From contig CAZSKP010000028.1 in NCBI GenBank assembly GCA_964607485.1, positions 1-38,076 of the forward strand: a DNA stretch of 38,076 nucleotides, read 5' to 3'. Numbering within the stretch: the first letter of the stretch is position 1; each line of letters begins with the position of its first letter. A program made the position numbers and the translations under genes. Under the pieces are notes generated by a model. The model ran no database searches, was not told where the DNA came from, and saw nothing but the letters and a program-made list of their open reading frames with translations. The stretch is from an uncultured bacterium. GTDB taxonomy: Bacteria; Abyssobacteria; SURF-5. This document shows, piece after piece, positions 29,012 through 38,076 of the stretch.

Positions 29012-30973
29012 TTACTTGATCCTTTGCATCACGTAGCGGTAATAGACGAAGATGGGCTTCTTGTTTTTCTGCCTGAACTGGTTCAGGCTGCTATCGCGCT
29101 CCTGTTTCTTGGGAGGGACCTCTCCGTTCTTGAGAGGCAATTCGTGGGACGAGGCGAAAACGAAGAACGACTCCGAGAAAAACTCGTTCGCACTGTAGCC
29201 TTTGTGTGTTTCCTCTTTTGAATTGTGCTGCAGCTTCAATTTATTGTAGACGACGACGTTTGTTATCTTCTTCGGCCAGTACAGGGTGACAGTGGAGCCG
29301 TCCACCTCCCCGCCGAGGCTTTGGCCCGCCAGTCCGTTTACCACATCGCAATTCTTGCATACCGTGTCCTTGACGAAAAAGACATCGGGGTCGAACACGT
29401 TGACCGGGGTCACGCTGGCCGATTTAATCGTGCCCTTCTTGTATATCCATTTACCCTTCTTCTTCCTGATCGTGAACTCGGCTGTCAGTTTGTAATTGAA
29501 CCGGACGCCGTACTCCACGACCTTATAGCCCCATTTATCCTGGATCTTCATGTACATGAGCTTGCCGCCCACGTCGTCGGTCTCCTGGCCGGAGAGGAGA
29601 ACACGCCACGTTTGCTCCTCGCCCACATTGAGGGAAGCCTGTCGCGAGGTGTCGCCGCTTCCGTTGGTCACGTTGGCAAAAGTGAGCGTATCCTTGTAAT
29701 CGCCCTCTTTGAGGTCCTTTGCCACCTGCTGATTCACCGACGCCTTCAACTGGGCCGTCTGATTCGGCTCCAGTTTTCCCTCAGCGTTGGAGAGGGTCAG
29801 CCACTTCTGCGCCTTTGAGACCTTATAGTTAATAGACGATTCGCCCGTATTCTTGAGGACATAGGTTTTCGAGGCGGGTGTGAATTGGTCTTTGTCGTCG
29901 GGGCCCGACGAGGCCAGACCGTCTCCGGGAGTAACCTGGAGTTTGCCCGGCTTGGCGATAAAAGAGAGCGTCCCCGTGATGGTGACTTTAAGCTTCTGGG
30001 ATTTGCCGCCCGCCTCGGTTTTTGTGGGGAAATAGTGGTCCACGTTTTCGGGCGTTAGCTGAACGACCTTCTGTCCTTTTGGAAACGTACCCTCGATGGA
30101 GACCACGAAGTGGTCCTCGGAGTGATACGAGTCGGAACTGGAGCCGGTGTGGCTGCCGCTTATGTTTTTCACGGTGCACTGTCCCATCGTGTCCACGCTG
30201 AAGCTGTATTTCATCGTGCCGTCGGGCTGTTCCTGCAGATTCAGGATGGGGCCAGGGCCCAGGTGGCGCACTTGCTGCTGCGGCACGTTCATGCCGGGGA
30301 CAGCGGCGGTGACGTATTTCACGCCTTCGTATACCTCGCGCCCTTCGCACCGTATGGATTCTTCGTCGTTCGAATGACCCTGAAACGAGCCCTGCTTTTG
30401 AGGATGGACGATGTAGTCGCCGAGGACTTTCTCCGACCCGCTCCACTGGCTCTTGCGCACCTTCTTTCTATCCAGGTAATACGTAAACGTGCCGACCGGC
30501 GCGAGGACCATCGCGTTTGACGCGGGGATGTCGGGGAAAGCGGGCGCTTCCTCGAACGCGACCGAGATGATCGCCTTTCCGTCAACCATCGAGTCGGTGG
30601 TGCCCGAGGACTGGTAGGAGCTGACGGAAGTCGCGTTCTTTTCGGATGAGCTGTCGTGCGCGGAACCATTCACTGAAACGGTGAGTTCCAGGTTGGCCTT
30701 TATGTTCTTGCCTTTCAGCGACGGAGGCGCCGGTTGCTTCACCGGCATCGGCACGGGCGTGACAGGGGAAGGAGTTGGCTGTGGCGAGGGAACGGCCTTA
30801 CCGGGTTGAGCCTGCTGTTGACCGGTTGTTTCCTCGACATTTCGCTTCTTTATCGAGTTGAGAATGTTGCCGTAGGGACTTTCTGCCCGGCATATTGAAA
30901 AAGGAGCCAGAGCCAGGACGAGCGCAACGAGGGAAAAAGGACAAAAATACAAAAGGAATCTTCTCACGTTCAT
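29012..30973 (-). CDS. Secreted hypothetical protein with P/Q-rich linker and BACON-like Ig domain
   Basis: Signal peptide ending ICRA|E; QPGKAVPSPQPTPSP linker; BACON-like YVLKNTG...WLTLS..EGKLEP...G.YKDTLTF. Confidence 0.7.
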   Translation of the reverse strand: MNVRRFLLYFCPFSLVALVLALAPFSICRAESPYGNILNSIKKRNVEETTGQQQAQPGKAVPSPQPTPSPVTPVPMPVKQPAPPSLKGKNIKANLELTVSVNGSAHDSSSEKNATSVSSYQSSGTTDSMVDGKAIISVAFEEAPAFPDIPASNAMVLAPVGTFTYYLDRKKVRKSQWSGSEKVLGDYIVHPQKQGSFQGHSNDEESIRCEGREVYEGVKYVTAAVPGMNVPQQQVRHLGPGPILNLQEQPDGTMKYSFSVDTMGQCTVKNISGSHTGSSSDSYHSEDHFVVSIEGTFPKGQKVVQLTPENVDHYFPTKTEAGGKSQKLKVTITGTLSFIAKPGKLQVTPGDGLASSGPDDKDQFTPASKTYVLKNTGESSINYKVSKAQKWLTLSNAEGKLEPNQTAQLKASVNQQVAKDLKEGDYKDTLTFANVTNGSGDTSRQASLNVGEEQTWRVLLSGQETDDVGGKLMYMKIQDKWGYKVVEYGVRFNYKLTAEFTIRKKKGKWIYKKGTIKSASVTPVNVFDPDVFFVKDTVCKNCDVVNGLAGQSLGGEVDGSTVTLYWPKKITNVVVYNKLKLQHNSKEETHKGYSANEFFSESFFVFASSHELPLKNGEVPPKKQERDSSLNQFRQKNKKPIFVYYRYVMQRIK

Positions 30974-31067
30974 GATCTCACTCCAACGATAGCGGAGAGA
31001 CCTCTTCCCTCACCGGAGGCAGGGCTCACCCGGAGAGGCTGCTCGACCCGATTTCACAGACCGGACG

Positions 31068-31265
31068 TCATCGACCGTAAGGGTTAGATTCCGGCTCTCC
31101 CGCGATGCCTGCGGCTGCGCCTTCCGCGGCGGAGTGGGGAAGCCGCATCACCTGGCCTCCCGCATAGCCAACGTTTTCGGCGTCCTTGTTGGCTTTTTCC
31201 AGACCCGAACACCCGCAGACCATGAGGCAGAGAAAGGCTATTCCAGCGCCCAATAGTATCCGCAT
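31068..31265 (-). CDS. Small putative lipoprotein
   Basis: MRILLGAGIAFLCLMVCG|C lipobox-like signal; RBS GGAGG; lies in operon between two larger genes. Confidence 0.7.
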   Translation of the reverse strand: MRILLGAGIAFLCLMVCGCSGLEKANKDAENVGYAGGQVMRLPHSAAEGAAAGIAGEPESNPYGR

Positions 31266-31293
31266 GTCTCTTATCCTCCGTTACCGGACACAG

Positions 31294-32223
31294 TTACTGC
31301 GACCGGATGATGTCCCCTGCCTTTATTCCTGTCCCACCGCTGGTGATGTTCGCCTTGGAATATTTCTCCTTCACCTCATATACCTTGACCGTGCCGATCT
31401 TCTCTTCATCGACGCCGAGCAGCTCGCCGGTGGAAGGGTCGACTAACTCTTCCCCCGCGGAGTACACCGTGAACGTGTCTCCGACGGAGCAGCCGTCTTT
31501 CTGGCCGGCGCTGAGATACACCTCACTGCCCGAACACTTGACGACCGAGCCCTGAAACGGACGGTCCCTGAGTTCCGCAGCGATGAATTCGACGGCGTTG
31601 TCGATCGCGATCTGGGTCGCCTTGCCGAGAGGGGTCTTCTTGAAGCTGTCGGTGCCGAAATCGACTATCCCGGCGCTCACGCCGAGGCTCATTCCGCCCG
31701 ATTGGGCCTTCCCTTCGACCCGCTTAGAAGCGAGAACCTCGCCGGTGGTGGTGTCCATCAAGCGAATAATCAGACCCACGTGCGCCTCTTCTCTGTTCGA
31801 CCCGACCCTGAAACCACCGATGCCGATGCCGCCGCCGCTCCCGCTGCTCTTGTGCTCGAACTCCGTGACCGTCCCTTTAATGAGGACTTGAGCACTCGTG
31901 AGCTTACCGGTACGTGCGGACTTCGATTTCTGGAATCGTCCGCTCGCCGCGAGATCCTGTTCCGAGATTACATCGGTCAGAGTTTCCCTCTCGAGAACCG
32001 TAAACTGGCCGCTCTGCATGAGAGCGTCGGTCAATTGGTCGGCCATGCCGTTATCCAGGTCCCACTGCCCGCCTCCGGCGTAGGAGGTTTTGTTCTCGAA
32101 CCTGGACACGGCGACCACTTTCTTGAGACCTGCCGCCCAAACGTGAGATGAGGGCACAAGCCCAAACAGAAGGAACACCGCCGCGGCCACAGCAACTGCT
32201 TTTCCGTAAGCGCCGAGTTTCAT
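31294..32223 (-). CDS. CsgG/HfaB family protein with FlgT-C-like beta domain
   Basis: VAVSRFENK, GMADQLTDALMQSGQFTVLER..L..V..EQ.L, LIKGTVTEF, IRLMDTTTGEV; C-terminal VYLSAG...VGDTF...DPSTGE.LG; RBS GGAGG. Confidence 0.85.
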   Translation of the reverse strand: MKLGAYGKAVAVAAAVFLLFGLVPSSHVWAAGLKKVVAVSRFENKTSYAGGGQWDLDNGMADQLTDALMQSGQFTVLERETLTDVISEQDLAASGRFQKSKSARTGKLTSAQVLIKGTVTEFEHKSSGSGGGIGIGGFRVGSNREEAHVGLIIRLMDTTTGEVLASKRVEGKAQSGGMSLGVSAGIVDFGTDSFKKTPLGKATQIAIDNAVEFIAAELRDRPFQGSVVKCSGSEVYLSAGQKDGCSVGDTFTVYSAGEELVDPSTGELLGVDEEKIGTVKVYEVKEKYSKANITSGGTGIKAGDIIRSQ

Positions 32224-32262
32224 AGCTTACCTCCGTCTCGTGATCACCATGAAGATTGCAGC

Positions 32263-33564
32263 CTACTCCCCTACCCTTTGCGTTATATTCAATAACACCC
32301 TCCCTTCCAGTCCCCACGCCGTTCCCGTGAGGGTGAGTACGATATCGGAAAGTCCGTCGCCGTTGAAGTCGTCCACAATGAGGTCGCGCACCTTGCCCGG
32401 CGTCGGACGCTTGATAGAAGTGGGAAACAGCCCCTCGCCGTTGTTCAGCCGGATGGTGACGCCATTGTAGGCGCCACCGTAGGTGACGAGATCGTCAAGG
32501 CCGTCCCCATTGAAATCTCCCGATTCCACATATGACGCTGTGGGAAAGTTGAGAAAAAAAGTGGGCGCGAAATGCTCGCCGCCTTGATTCAGCAACACCC
32601 ACGCCGCTCCTTTCCCGTTGGCGAGCAGCATGTCGGGATATGGGTCCGCGTTCCAGCGACCGTCCATAATGACGGGATAATCTGCAATTGAAAAATCCGC
32701 CGAGGGAGCGAATAGAAGCGTGGGGCTTATCGCTCCGTCGGATGACAGAAAAAGCGCGTCCTTGTCGCCACGGGAGAGGAATATTCCCTCGCTGCCCGTC
32801 CTGACGATGTCGGTCAGCCCATCGTTATCCACGTCGAGCGCCAACACCTGGTGGGATCTCTCCCGGCCTGCGTGCTCACCCTCTTCTCGGAGCCGGAAAT
32901 GATTTGACACATGCGCCTCGCCCGGTGAGTGCCACAACCCCGGCGTGTTTTCCACGACGAAAAACTCTCCGGTGAGCGCGTCGCCGAACACGATATCTGA
33001 CCGGCCGTCTCCGTTGAGGTCCGGGCCGGAGAGAAAGAGTCGGCCGCGAGCGTCATCCAGCCCGGCGGGAAGAGGGACGGACAGAATCTCGTCGAACGTG
33101 TCCTGTCCGCCGAGCCTCGTGGTGACGAGGAACAGGCTTGCTTCCGAAGACTCGGAGCTTATCCGTTTCTCCTGAAAGGTGACCAATTCGTATGTCCCGT
33201 CTCCGTCGAAATCTCCCGTGATGAAGTCGGCTCCCACCACCTCATTGAAATAGGAGTGCCCGAAACCGTGTTTGGTGGGCGGCGAGAAGTTGCCCTTTCC
33301 GTCTCCCTTGCTCACCCACAGGACGGCGGGGTCGGGCGTGAGGAAGACAAGGTCCAGATTGCCGTCTCCATCCATGTCGCCCACTTGGATTTCCCTGGCG
33401 GCCGGAACTCTCAGGAGAGTTTTTTCGAGGAAAGAGACGAAAGGCGACGGTTGTCTCGGGAATGGTTTTACTGCCTCTTGGGCAAGGCAGAGATGCGCCC
33501 CGCCCACGAGAGACGCCACCACCAGGACCGGCACGAGATACCTTTTTCCCACGGCGCCCGGCAT
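32263..33564 (-). CDS. Secreted FG-GAP/VCBS repeat (beta-propeller) protein
   Basis: About seven Ca-loop repeats (GDMDGDGNLDL, GDFDGDGTYEL, DLNGDGRSDI, DVDNDGLTDI, WNADPYPDM, GDFNGDGLDDL, DFNGDGLSDI); signal peptide from ATG 33564. Confidence 0.88.
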   Translation of the reverse strand: MPGAVGKRYLVPVLVVASLVGGAHLCLAQEAVKPFPRQPSPFVSFLEKTLLRVPAAREIQVGDMDGDGNLDLVFLTPDPAVLWVSKGDGKGNFSPPTKHGFGHSYFNEVVGADFITGDFDGDGTYELVTFQEKRISSESSEASLFLVTTRLGGQDTFDEILSVPLPAGLDDARGRLFLSGPDLNGDGRSDIVFGDALTGEFFVVENTPGLWHSPGEAHVSNHFRLREEGEHAGRERSHQVLALDVDNDGLTDIVRTGSEGIFLSRGDKDALFLSSDGAISPTLLFAPSADFSIADYPVIMDGRWNADPYPDMLLANGKGAAWVLLNQGGEHFAPTFFLNFPTASYVESGDFNGDGLDDLVTYGGAYNGVTIRLNNGEGLFPTSIKRPTPGKVRDLIVDDFNGDGLSDIVLTLTGTAWGLEGRVLLNITQRVGE

Positions 33565-33707
33565 GGCTTCTCCCAGGGAGACGGCCTTATACATGCTACG
33601 CGGAGAGAATAGCGCTTGTTCCTCCCGCGTAGGGCGATTCGGAAACCGCCCGCGGTGTAGTCCCTCCTTGACGGAACACTCCACAGACAATTTCGACCTT
33701 AGAGCAT

Positions 33708-33737
33708 ATTTTAGCCTAAACGCACACCATTTTTCAA
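33708..33737 (-). promoter_or_regulatory. Sigma-70 promoter for the FG-GAP/CsgG module
   Basis: Minus strand TTGAAA, 18 nt, TAAAAT. Confidence 0.55.
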
Positions 33738-33766
33738 GGGGACGGAGCAGGGCGTGTGCTTATTGC

Positions 33767-35416
33767 CTATTCGGAGAATGAGAAGCGTCGGCCATTGCGG
33801 TAGGTTTCGACGACCTCGATCCGGTCCAGTCTATCGGGGTCGGCTTTCCTTGGATTTTCCGAAAGAACGACCATGTCGGCAAGCTTACCGGCCTCAAGGC
33901 TTCCAACCTTGTCTTCCATGAACAACTGCCAGGCCGCGTTGATGGTCAGCGCTTTGATCGCGTCGTCCACGGTAATAGCCTGATCTTCTCCGATCATTTT
34001 CCCGTTCAGCGTCTTGCGAGTTACGGCAGTCCGCATGAGTTTGAATGGCTCGGCCGGATACATCGGCGAGTCGTTATGAAGTGAGTTGATGAGTCCCTTC
34101 CCCACCGCAGCGCCCATGGGATATGACACCCGCGCGCGTTCAGGGCCGATGATGTCGTCTCGCAACGCCTCTCCGTAATAGTGGATGTAGTTGATGTGCC
34201 AGCTTGCCGTCAAGCCCAGCCTCGCGGCCCGGTCCATTTCGTCAATGGGAAACAGGCCGCCGTGTTCAATGCGGTGACGGTGGTCCTGTCGCGGCGACGC
34301 CTGAAGAACGGCCTCGAATGCATCGATAATGTCGCGGATGGCGCGATCGCCCTGCCCATGGACGGCAATCTGGTGGCCCGTGTCGTGATATTTCTGGACG
34401 AGCTCTCTGAACTCTTGTTTCGGATACATCGAGTAGCCGCAGGTGTCTTTCGGCACGCCCAGGCCGTCCTGCATGAGCTTGCTGTTAAGGTACGGTTCGT
34501 CGAGGAAAACATTACCGGTTCCGAAAGAGCCGTCGTACCAGAATTTCGCTCCGCCGCATCTCAGGCGGTCGGTGTTCGGGCCGAAGTCTATCGAGATTCC
34601 CTGCTCGAGGTCGGTCGCTTTGTTCATGACGGTCATCCGAATCGGACAATCATCGCGTTGGATGAGTTCTTTCAGCATGCTCGCCCAATTCAGGAAGACG
34701 GGGAAGACTCCCATCGCGCCGACCGTCGTATAGCCCGCCCTCGCGTAGCGTCGAATCTGGTTCTCGATGAGATCGAGGCCTCGTTCCTGCGATGACAGGA
34801 GAATCGGCATCATCAGCGGGAGGATGGCTGCCTGCTCGATAACCATACCGGATAAGTTGCCGTCTTTGTCTTTGACGAATGTCCCGCCCTCCGGCTCCGG
34901 AGTGTCGTTTGTGATGCCTGCGACCTCGAAGGCCTTGTGGTTGACATACACCGTGTGCATACTCTGGATCATGATGAAGATAGGCTTCTCCGAAGAAATT
35001 TCGTCGAGAAGAGTGGCGTTCAGCGATTTCAAGTCCCGGATCAGGATGGGGTCGTAGCCGAAGGCGGCGACCCACTCCCCGGCCTTGACTGCGGCCGCGG
35101 CCCTGCGGAGTTTTTCCAGCACCTGTTCGCCGCTCTTATTGGTGAATCCGCTCACGTCAACCCAATCATAAAGGAGCGCGCTTATGACGGGATGGCTGTG
35201 TGGTTCGATAAGGCCGGGCATCAGGGTCTTTCCTTGAAGATTGACCACCTGCGTATCCGGGCCTTTTTGTCGAAGTATTTCCTTGTTCCCGCCCACCGCC
35301 GTAATCTTTCCGCCCCTGACGGCAAGCGCTTCCACCGTCGGGTCATCATCGTTGACGGTTATGATGTCACCGCCGGTGAAAATGATATCGGCCGAAATTC
35401 CGCTCTTCCTCGTCAT
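33767..35416 (-). CDS. Amidohydrolase 3 (YtcJ-like) metal-dependent hydrolase
   Basis: EALAVRGGKI, PGLIEPHSH, KFWYDGS, HGQGDRA, HRIEH, GSLEAGKLADMVVL. Confidence 0.9.
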   Translation of the reverse strand: MTRKSGISADIIFTGGDIITVNDDDPTVEALAVRGGKITAVGGNKEILRQKGPDTQVVNLQGKTLMPGLIEPHSHPVISALLYDWVDVSGFTNKSGEQVLEKLRRAAAAVKAGEWVAAFGYDPILIRDLKSLNATLLDEISSEKPIFIMIQSMHTVYVNHKAFEVAGITNDTPEPEGGTFVKDKDGNLSGMVIEQAAILPLMMPILLSSQERGLDLIENQIRRYARAGYTTVGAMGVFPVFLNWASMLKELIQRDDCPIRMTVMNKATDLEQGISIDFGPNTDRLRCGGAKFWYDGSFGTGNVFLDEPYLNSKLMQDGLGVPKDTCGYSMYPKQEFRELVQKYHDTGHQIAVHGQGDRAIRDIIDAFEAVLQASPRQDHRHRIEHGGLFPIDEMDRAARLGLTASWHINYIHYYGEALRDDIIGPERARVSYPMGAAVGKGLINSLHNDSPMYPAEPFKLMRTAVTRKTLNGKMIGEDQAITVDDAIKALTINAAWQLFMEDKVGSLEAGKLADMVVLSENPRKADPDRLDRIEVVETYRNGRRFSFSE

Positions 35417-35767
35417 CCTGATTACGCCCCTCTTAAGCTAGACTCTTCCAACAAATGATCGGTCTGTTTTGCGCCTCTGCTTCTCATGTTCTTCGTAAGC
35501 GGGTGCTTCAGTATACATCAGAAGGGGTGCGTACACAAAACGAGTTTCAGGAAGCAGGTTGTATGAGGCATGAGGCATCCCCGTGCATGAAGAGAGAACA
35601 TGAGTCTCAAGGGCAAAATAGTTGCTGGACAACGGAGAAACAAGTGACCGTTCGTATGGCTAGGCCACCGTGCGCGCCCTCAAGCTCTTTCAGATTACGG
35701 TCATATTTGATATGATTGCATCTTAGCGTTTCAATTTCCCGACCTTGATACAGGAGAACCGAAGAAC

Positions 35768-36880
35768 ATGAAAAGGATTTACTTTCTCACCGGTGCAAAT
35801 GGCTTTGTCGGTCGAGAGATACTGCGTCTGCTGGTCGAAGATGGAGAAAATCTCGTTTATTGCCTCCTCAGGAACTCGAATTCGCGGAGCGCGGAGGAAA
35901 AGTTCAAGGACGTGCTTGATGACATAGACCACACGAACGGCGTTAACGTTCTTCTGATTCGAGGAGACCTGCGAAGGGACAGGATGGGCATCGACGAGCG
36001 AAACCACGATAAGCTGGCAAAAGACGTTACACACATCATTCACGCCGCCGCGGATGTGAGATTCAATCAGCCGCTGGACAAAATGCGTGAGATAAACGTG
36101 GAGGGTACCAGACGCCTTCTCGATTTCGCGCAAAGTTGCAGGAAGAATAATCCCTCCTTCTCGCATCTGGATTATGTGAGCACCACTTTCGTGGCCGGAA
36201 GATTCAAAGGGCTTTTCATGGAGAAGAATCTGGAGCACGAATTCGGTTTCAAGAACACCTACGAGCAGAGTAAATATGAGGCCGAAGCCTTGGTCCGCTC
36301 GCTGGCCGATGACTTGCCGGTTGTTATCTATCGCCCATCGATAGTGCTGGGTTTTTCGGAAAATGGAAAGGCGCAGAGAAGTAACGTCATATACCCAATG
36401 CTGAAGCTGTTCACGCGATGGAAGGCTCCGGTGGTTTCGGTCAATCGCAAGACCACTTTGGATTTGGTGCCGGTGGATTTCGTGGCCCAAGCGCTTCTCT
36501 ACTTATCGAACAAAGAGGAAAGCAAGGGGAAATGTTACAGTCTGGCCGGAGGCCCAGATGGCGACATAACAATCGGCAAACTGGTAAAGTTGGTCCAAGA
36601 AGAACTCGGGAAAAAGGTCGTGTTAATGCCACCGTCTTTCTGGCGACTAATTGTCAGGCCGTTGCTGAAGACTTTTAAACGCGACTTCTACGAACGTAGC
36701 ACGGGAACCTTCCGCGCCTTCGAGTCCTACATATGGGAAATGAACCCCAGATATTCAGTGGAGGAGACAAGGAAGGCTCTTGCGGGCTCCGGCGTAAATC
36801 TTCCAGATTCGGATAGATTCCTGAGAGCCTGTCTCAGATATGCGATCAAGACCGACTTCGGCAAGCGTGCCGGCGAGTGA
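35768..36880 (+). CDS. Extended SDR, NAD_binding_4 type (fatty acyl-CoA / thioester reductase-like)
   Basis: LTGANGFVG, IIHAAA, NVEGT, YVST, YEQSK (YxxxK), RPSIV, DLVPVDFVA; RBS AGGAG. Confidence 0.88.
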   Translation: MKRIYFLTGANGFVGREILRLLVEDGENLVYCLLRNSNSRSAEEKFKDVLDDIDHTNGVNVLLIRGDLRRDRMGIDERNHDKLAKDVTHIIHAAADVRFNQPLDKMREINVEGTRRLLDFAQSCRKNNPSFSHLDYVSTTFVAGRFKGLFMEKNLEHEFGFKNTYEQSKYEAEALVRSLADDLPVVIYRPSIVLGFSENGKAQRSNVIYPMLKLFTRWKAPVVSVNRKTTLDLVPVDFVAQALLYLSNKEESKGKCYSLAGGPDGDITIGKLVKLVQEELGKKVVLMPPSFWRLIVRPLLKTFKRDFYERSTGTFRAFESYIWEMNPRYSVEETRKALAGSGVNLPDSDRFLRACLRYAIKTDFGKRAGE

Positions 36881-37325
36881 CATGCCCGCGTGAACAAGTC
36901 TGAATTCTCTGCCGCCATAACCTTTTCGGTGACTCGATATTTCCAAAAAGGGTTCTCTCGCGTGAAATCCGCCTCGGCGGGAGGCACATGATACGCCTGC
37001 AGCGCATCGAGCAATGACAACAGGATGTTGATCTCTCGCTCGAGATAAAAGGCGTAATCGATCACATCGAAATGGGTCTCGGCGCGCCGCGGCGCGTGTA
37101 CGACCTTGTTTCCCAGACAGTCCGTGATGACGACTCTGCCGTCGCCACCTCGACCTTTACAAACCCCCAGTAGACAACATGAAACAGGATAGGCAATCGG
37201 GGAAACACCGCGAGGATGATGAGCGGCAAGACCACCACGATACCAGCGACGACAACCGGATACGGCACCGTTTTCCTGTTGTCCGGCAGCACGGCCGGCC
37301 GAAGCGTTTTTACTCTTAGGGGCAT
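36727..37325 (-). pseudogene. Probable frameshifted and truncated membrane-protein gene
   Basis: The ORF from 37325 has a TM segment. The adjacent frame reads protein-like from about 37143 (DGRVVITDCLGNKVV...IDYAFYLEREINILL) and runs about 150 nt into the convergent SDR gene. Confidence 0.4.
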
Positions 37326-37345
37326 ATGAGCACTCGGTCGTTTCC

Positions 37346-38076
37346 TTAATAAGAATAGAGGACGATCGATTCCATCTTTACGTTCGTGTTTGGGCGGTTG
37401 CTCGGCCGTATAGCAAGCCGAAGGATTTTCGGATTTTTAGGAAACCATGCATTTACATAGAGGGGTAACGTATATGTGTGCGTGGATCGGTCATTTATCA
37501 CAGGAAACCTGATGGACTCTTCATCATGGTATTCGCTGTCGTTCTTCGTCACCCAAAACAGCTGCCCTTCCAGGGAGTCGTATTCCGGATTGGCCGCTGA
37601 GTACGTCAACTGGACGTACTTAATGCGGCTACCGTTCAACCACGGACTCTTCAGGAAGGAAGTCTCGCCGGTCGTGAAGAATAGAGACATGTTCGGTTCA
37701 CGGTCGCGCACGATTGCAAGGTCATGCGCGGCCTCCCACCGACGGAAATCCCAATACCTGGAAAAATCCCACGAGTGCAAAACAGCGTTCGCGGATGCGC
37801 CCGTCGAAATCGGTTCCTCGAAATCGACGTCGCTTTTCTTGAATCGTTTCTCTGTGGCATCCCATTCGAAAAACTGATAGTTCCACGACTTGTCGTCCGA
37901 CACGACATCTTCGGGAGACCTCACATGGGCGCCGAACCCCCGGCGGGCCTGATAGTATTCGCATTTCTTATCGCCTGTTATTGAGGAAATGCAATCGGGA
38001 AGAAAACCAAAAAAAATTCCCACTCGCCCTAAGGAGTCCGGAACGTTGTAGAAGTAGACTTTCGCCGGTTCTCTCA
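37346..38076 (-). CDS. C-terminal part of a gene starting beyond the window; probable extracytoplasmic domain with a CBM-like jelly roll
   Basis: Frame is open to the window edge (REPAKVYFYNVPDSLGRV...); C-terminal GQLFW.T......E.S..F....D...HTY.LPL...W...ILRL.I.P pattern. Confidence 0.65.
   Translation of the reverse strand, partial: REPAKVYFYNVPDSLGRVGIFFGFLPDCISSITGDKKCEYYQARRGFGAHVRSPEDVVSDDKSWNYQFFEWDATEKRFKKSDVDFEEPISTGASANAVLHSWDFSRYWDFRRWEAAHDLAIVRDREPNMSLFFTTGETSFLKSPWLNGSRIKYVQLTYSAANPEYDSLEGQLFWVTKNDSEYHDEESIRFPVINDRSTHTYTLPLYVNAWFPKNPKILRLAIRPSNRPNTNVKMESIVLYSY

Noticed and set aside
30995..31045. Imperfect tandem CTCACC(C)GGAG repeat
   Set aside because: Only two short imperfect copies; not CRISPR- or REP-like.
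35438..35715. Short ORFs on both strands and a weak palindrome AACAAATGATCGGTCTGTT
   Set aside because: No RBS or family resemblance, and the symmetry is too poor to call an operator; likely a divergent promoter region.
1..38076. CRISPR arrays, tRNA/rRNA genes, IS elements, prophage or defence genes
   Set aside because: No repeat-spacer periodicity, cloverleaf, transposase, integrase or phage motifs seen by eye; a covariance-model scan would be needed to exclude small RNAs.

Overview
A GC-rich bacterial chromosomal segment, probably from a diderm (it encodes a CsgG-family protein and a lipoprotein). I see no rRNA, tRNA, CRISPR array or transposase/integrase. In order it holds: (1) a seven-gene, entirely cytoplasmic receiver-domain signalling cluster (pseudo-receiver, two REC-GAF-kinase hybrids, REC-PAS, REC-HD-GYP, two stand-alone RECs) behind a sigma-54-like promoter; (2) a minus-strand acyl-CoA catabolic block (TetR, crotonase, MmgE/PrpD, family III CoA-transferase, sirtuin, orphan B12-binding mutase subunit, DSD1-type PLP enzyme); (3) a secreted GIFT/DUF4350-like anchored protein and an S8 protease with a CFI-box-CTERM tail, converging on a strong terminator; (4) a long operon: hypothetical, cyclase/KynB-like, IlvD-family dehydratase, mtnA, deoB, cmk, ispH, recJ, then rel, which appears to lack most of its AH domain; (5) a four-gene envelope module (FG-GAP protein, CsgG-like protein without a lipobox, tiny lipoprotein, BACON-containing secreted protein); (6) an amidohydrolase, an extended SDR, a probable frameshifted pseudogene and a partial CDS. 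All family calls come from recognising motifs by eye; no searches were run.
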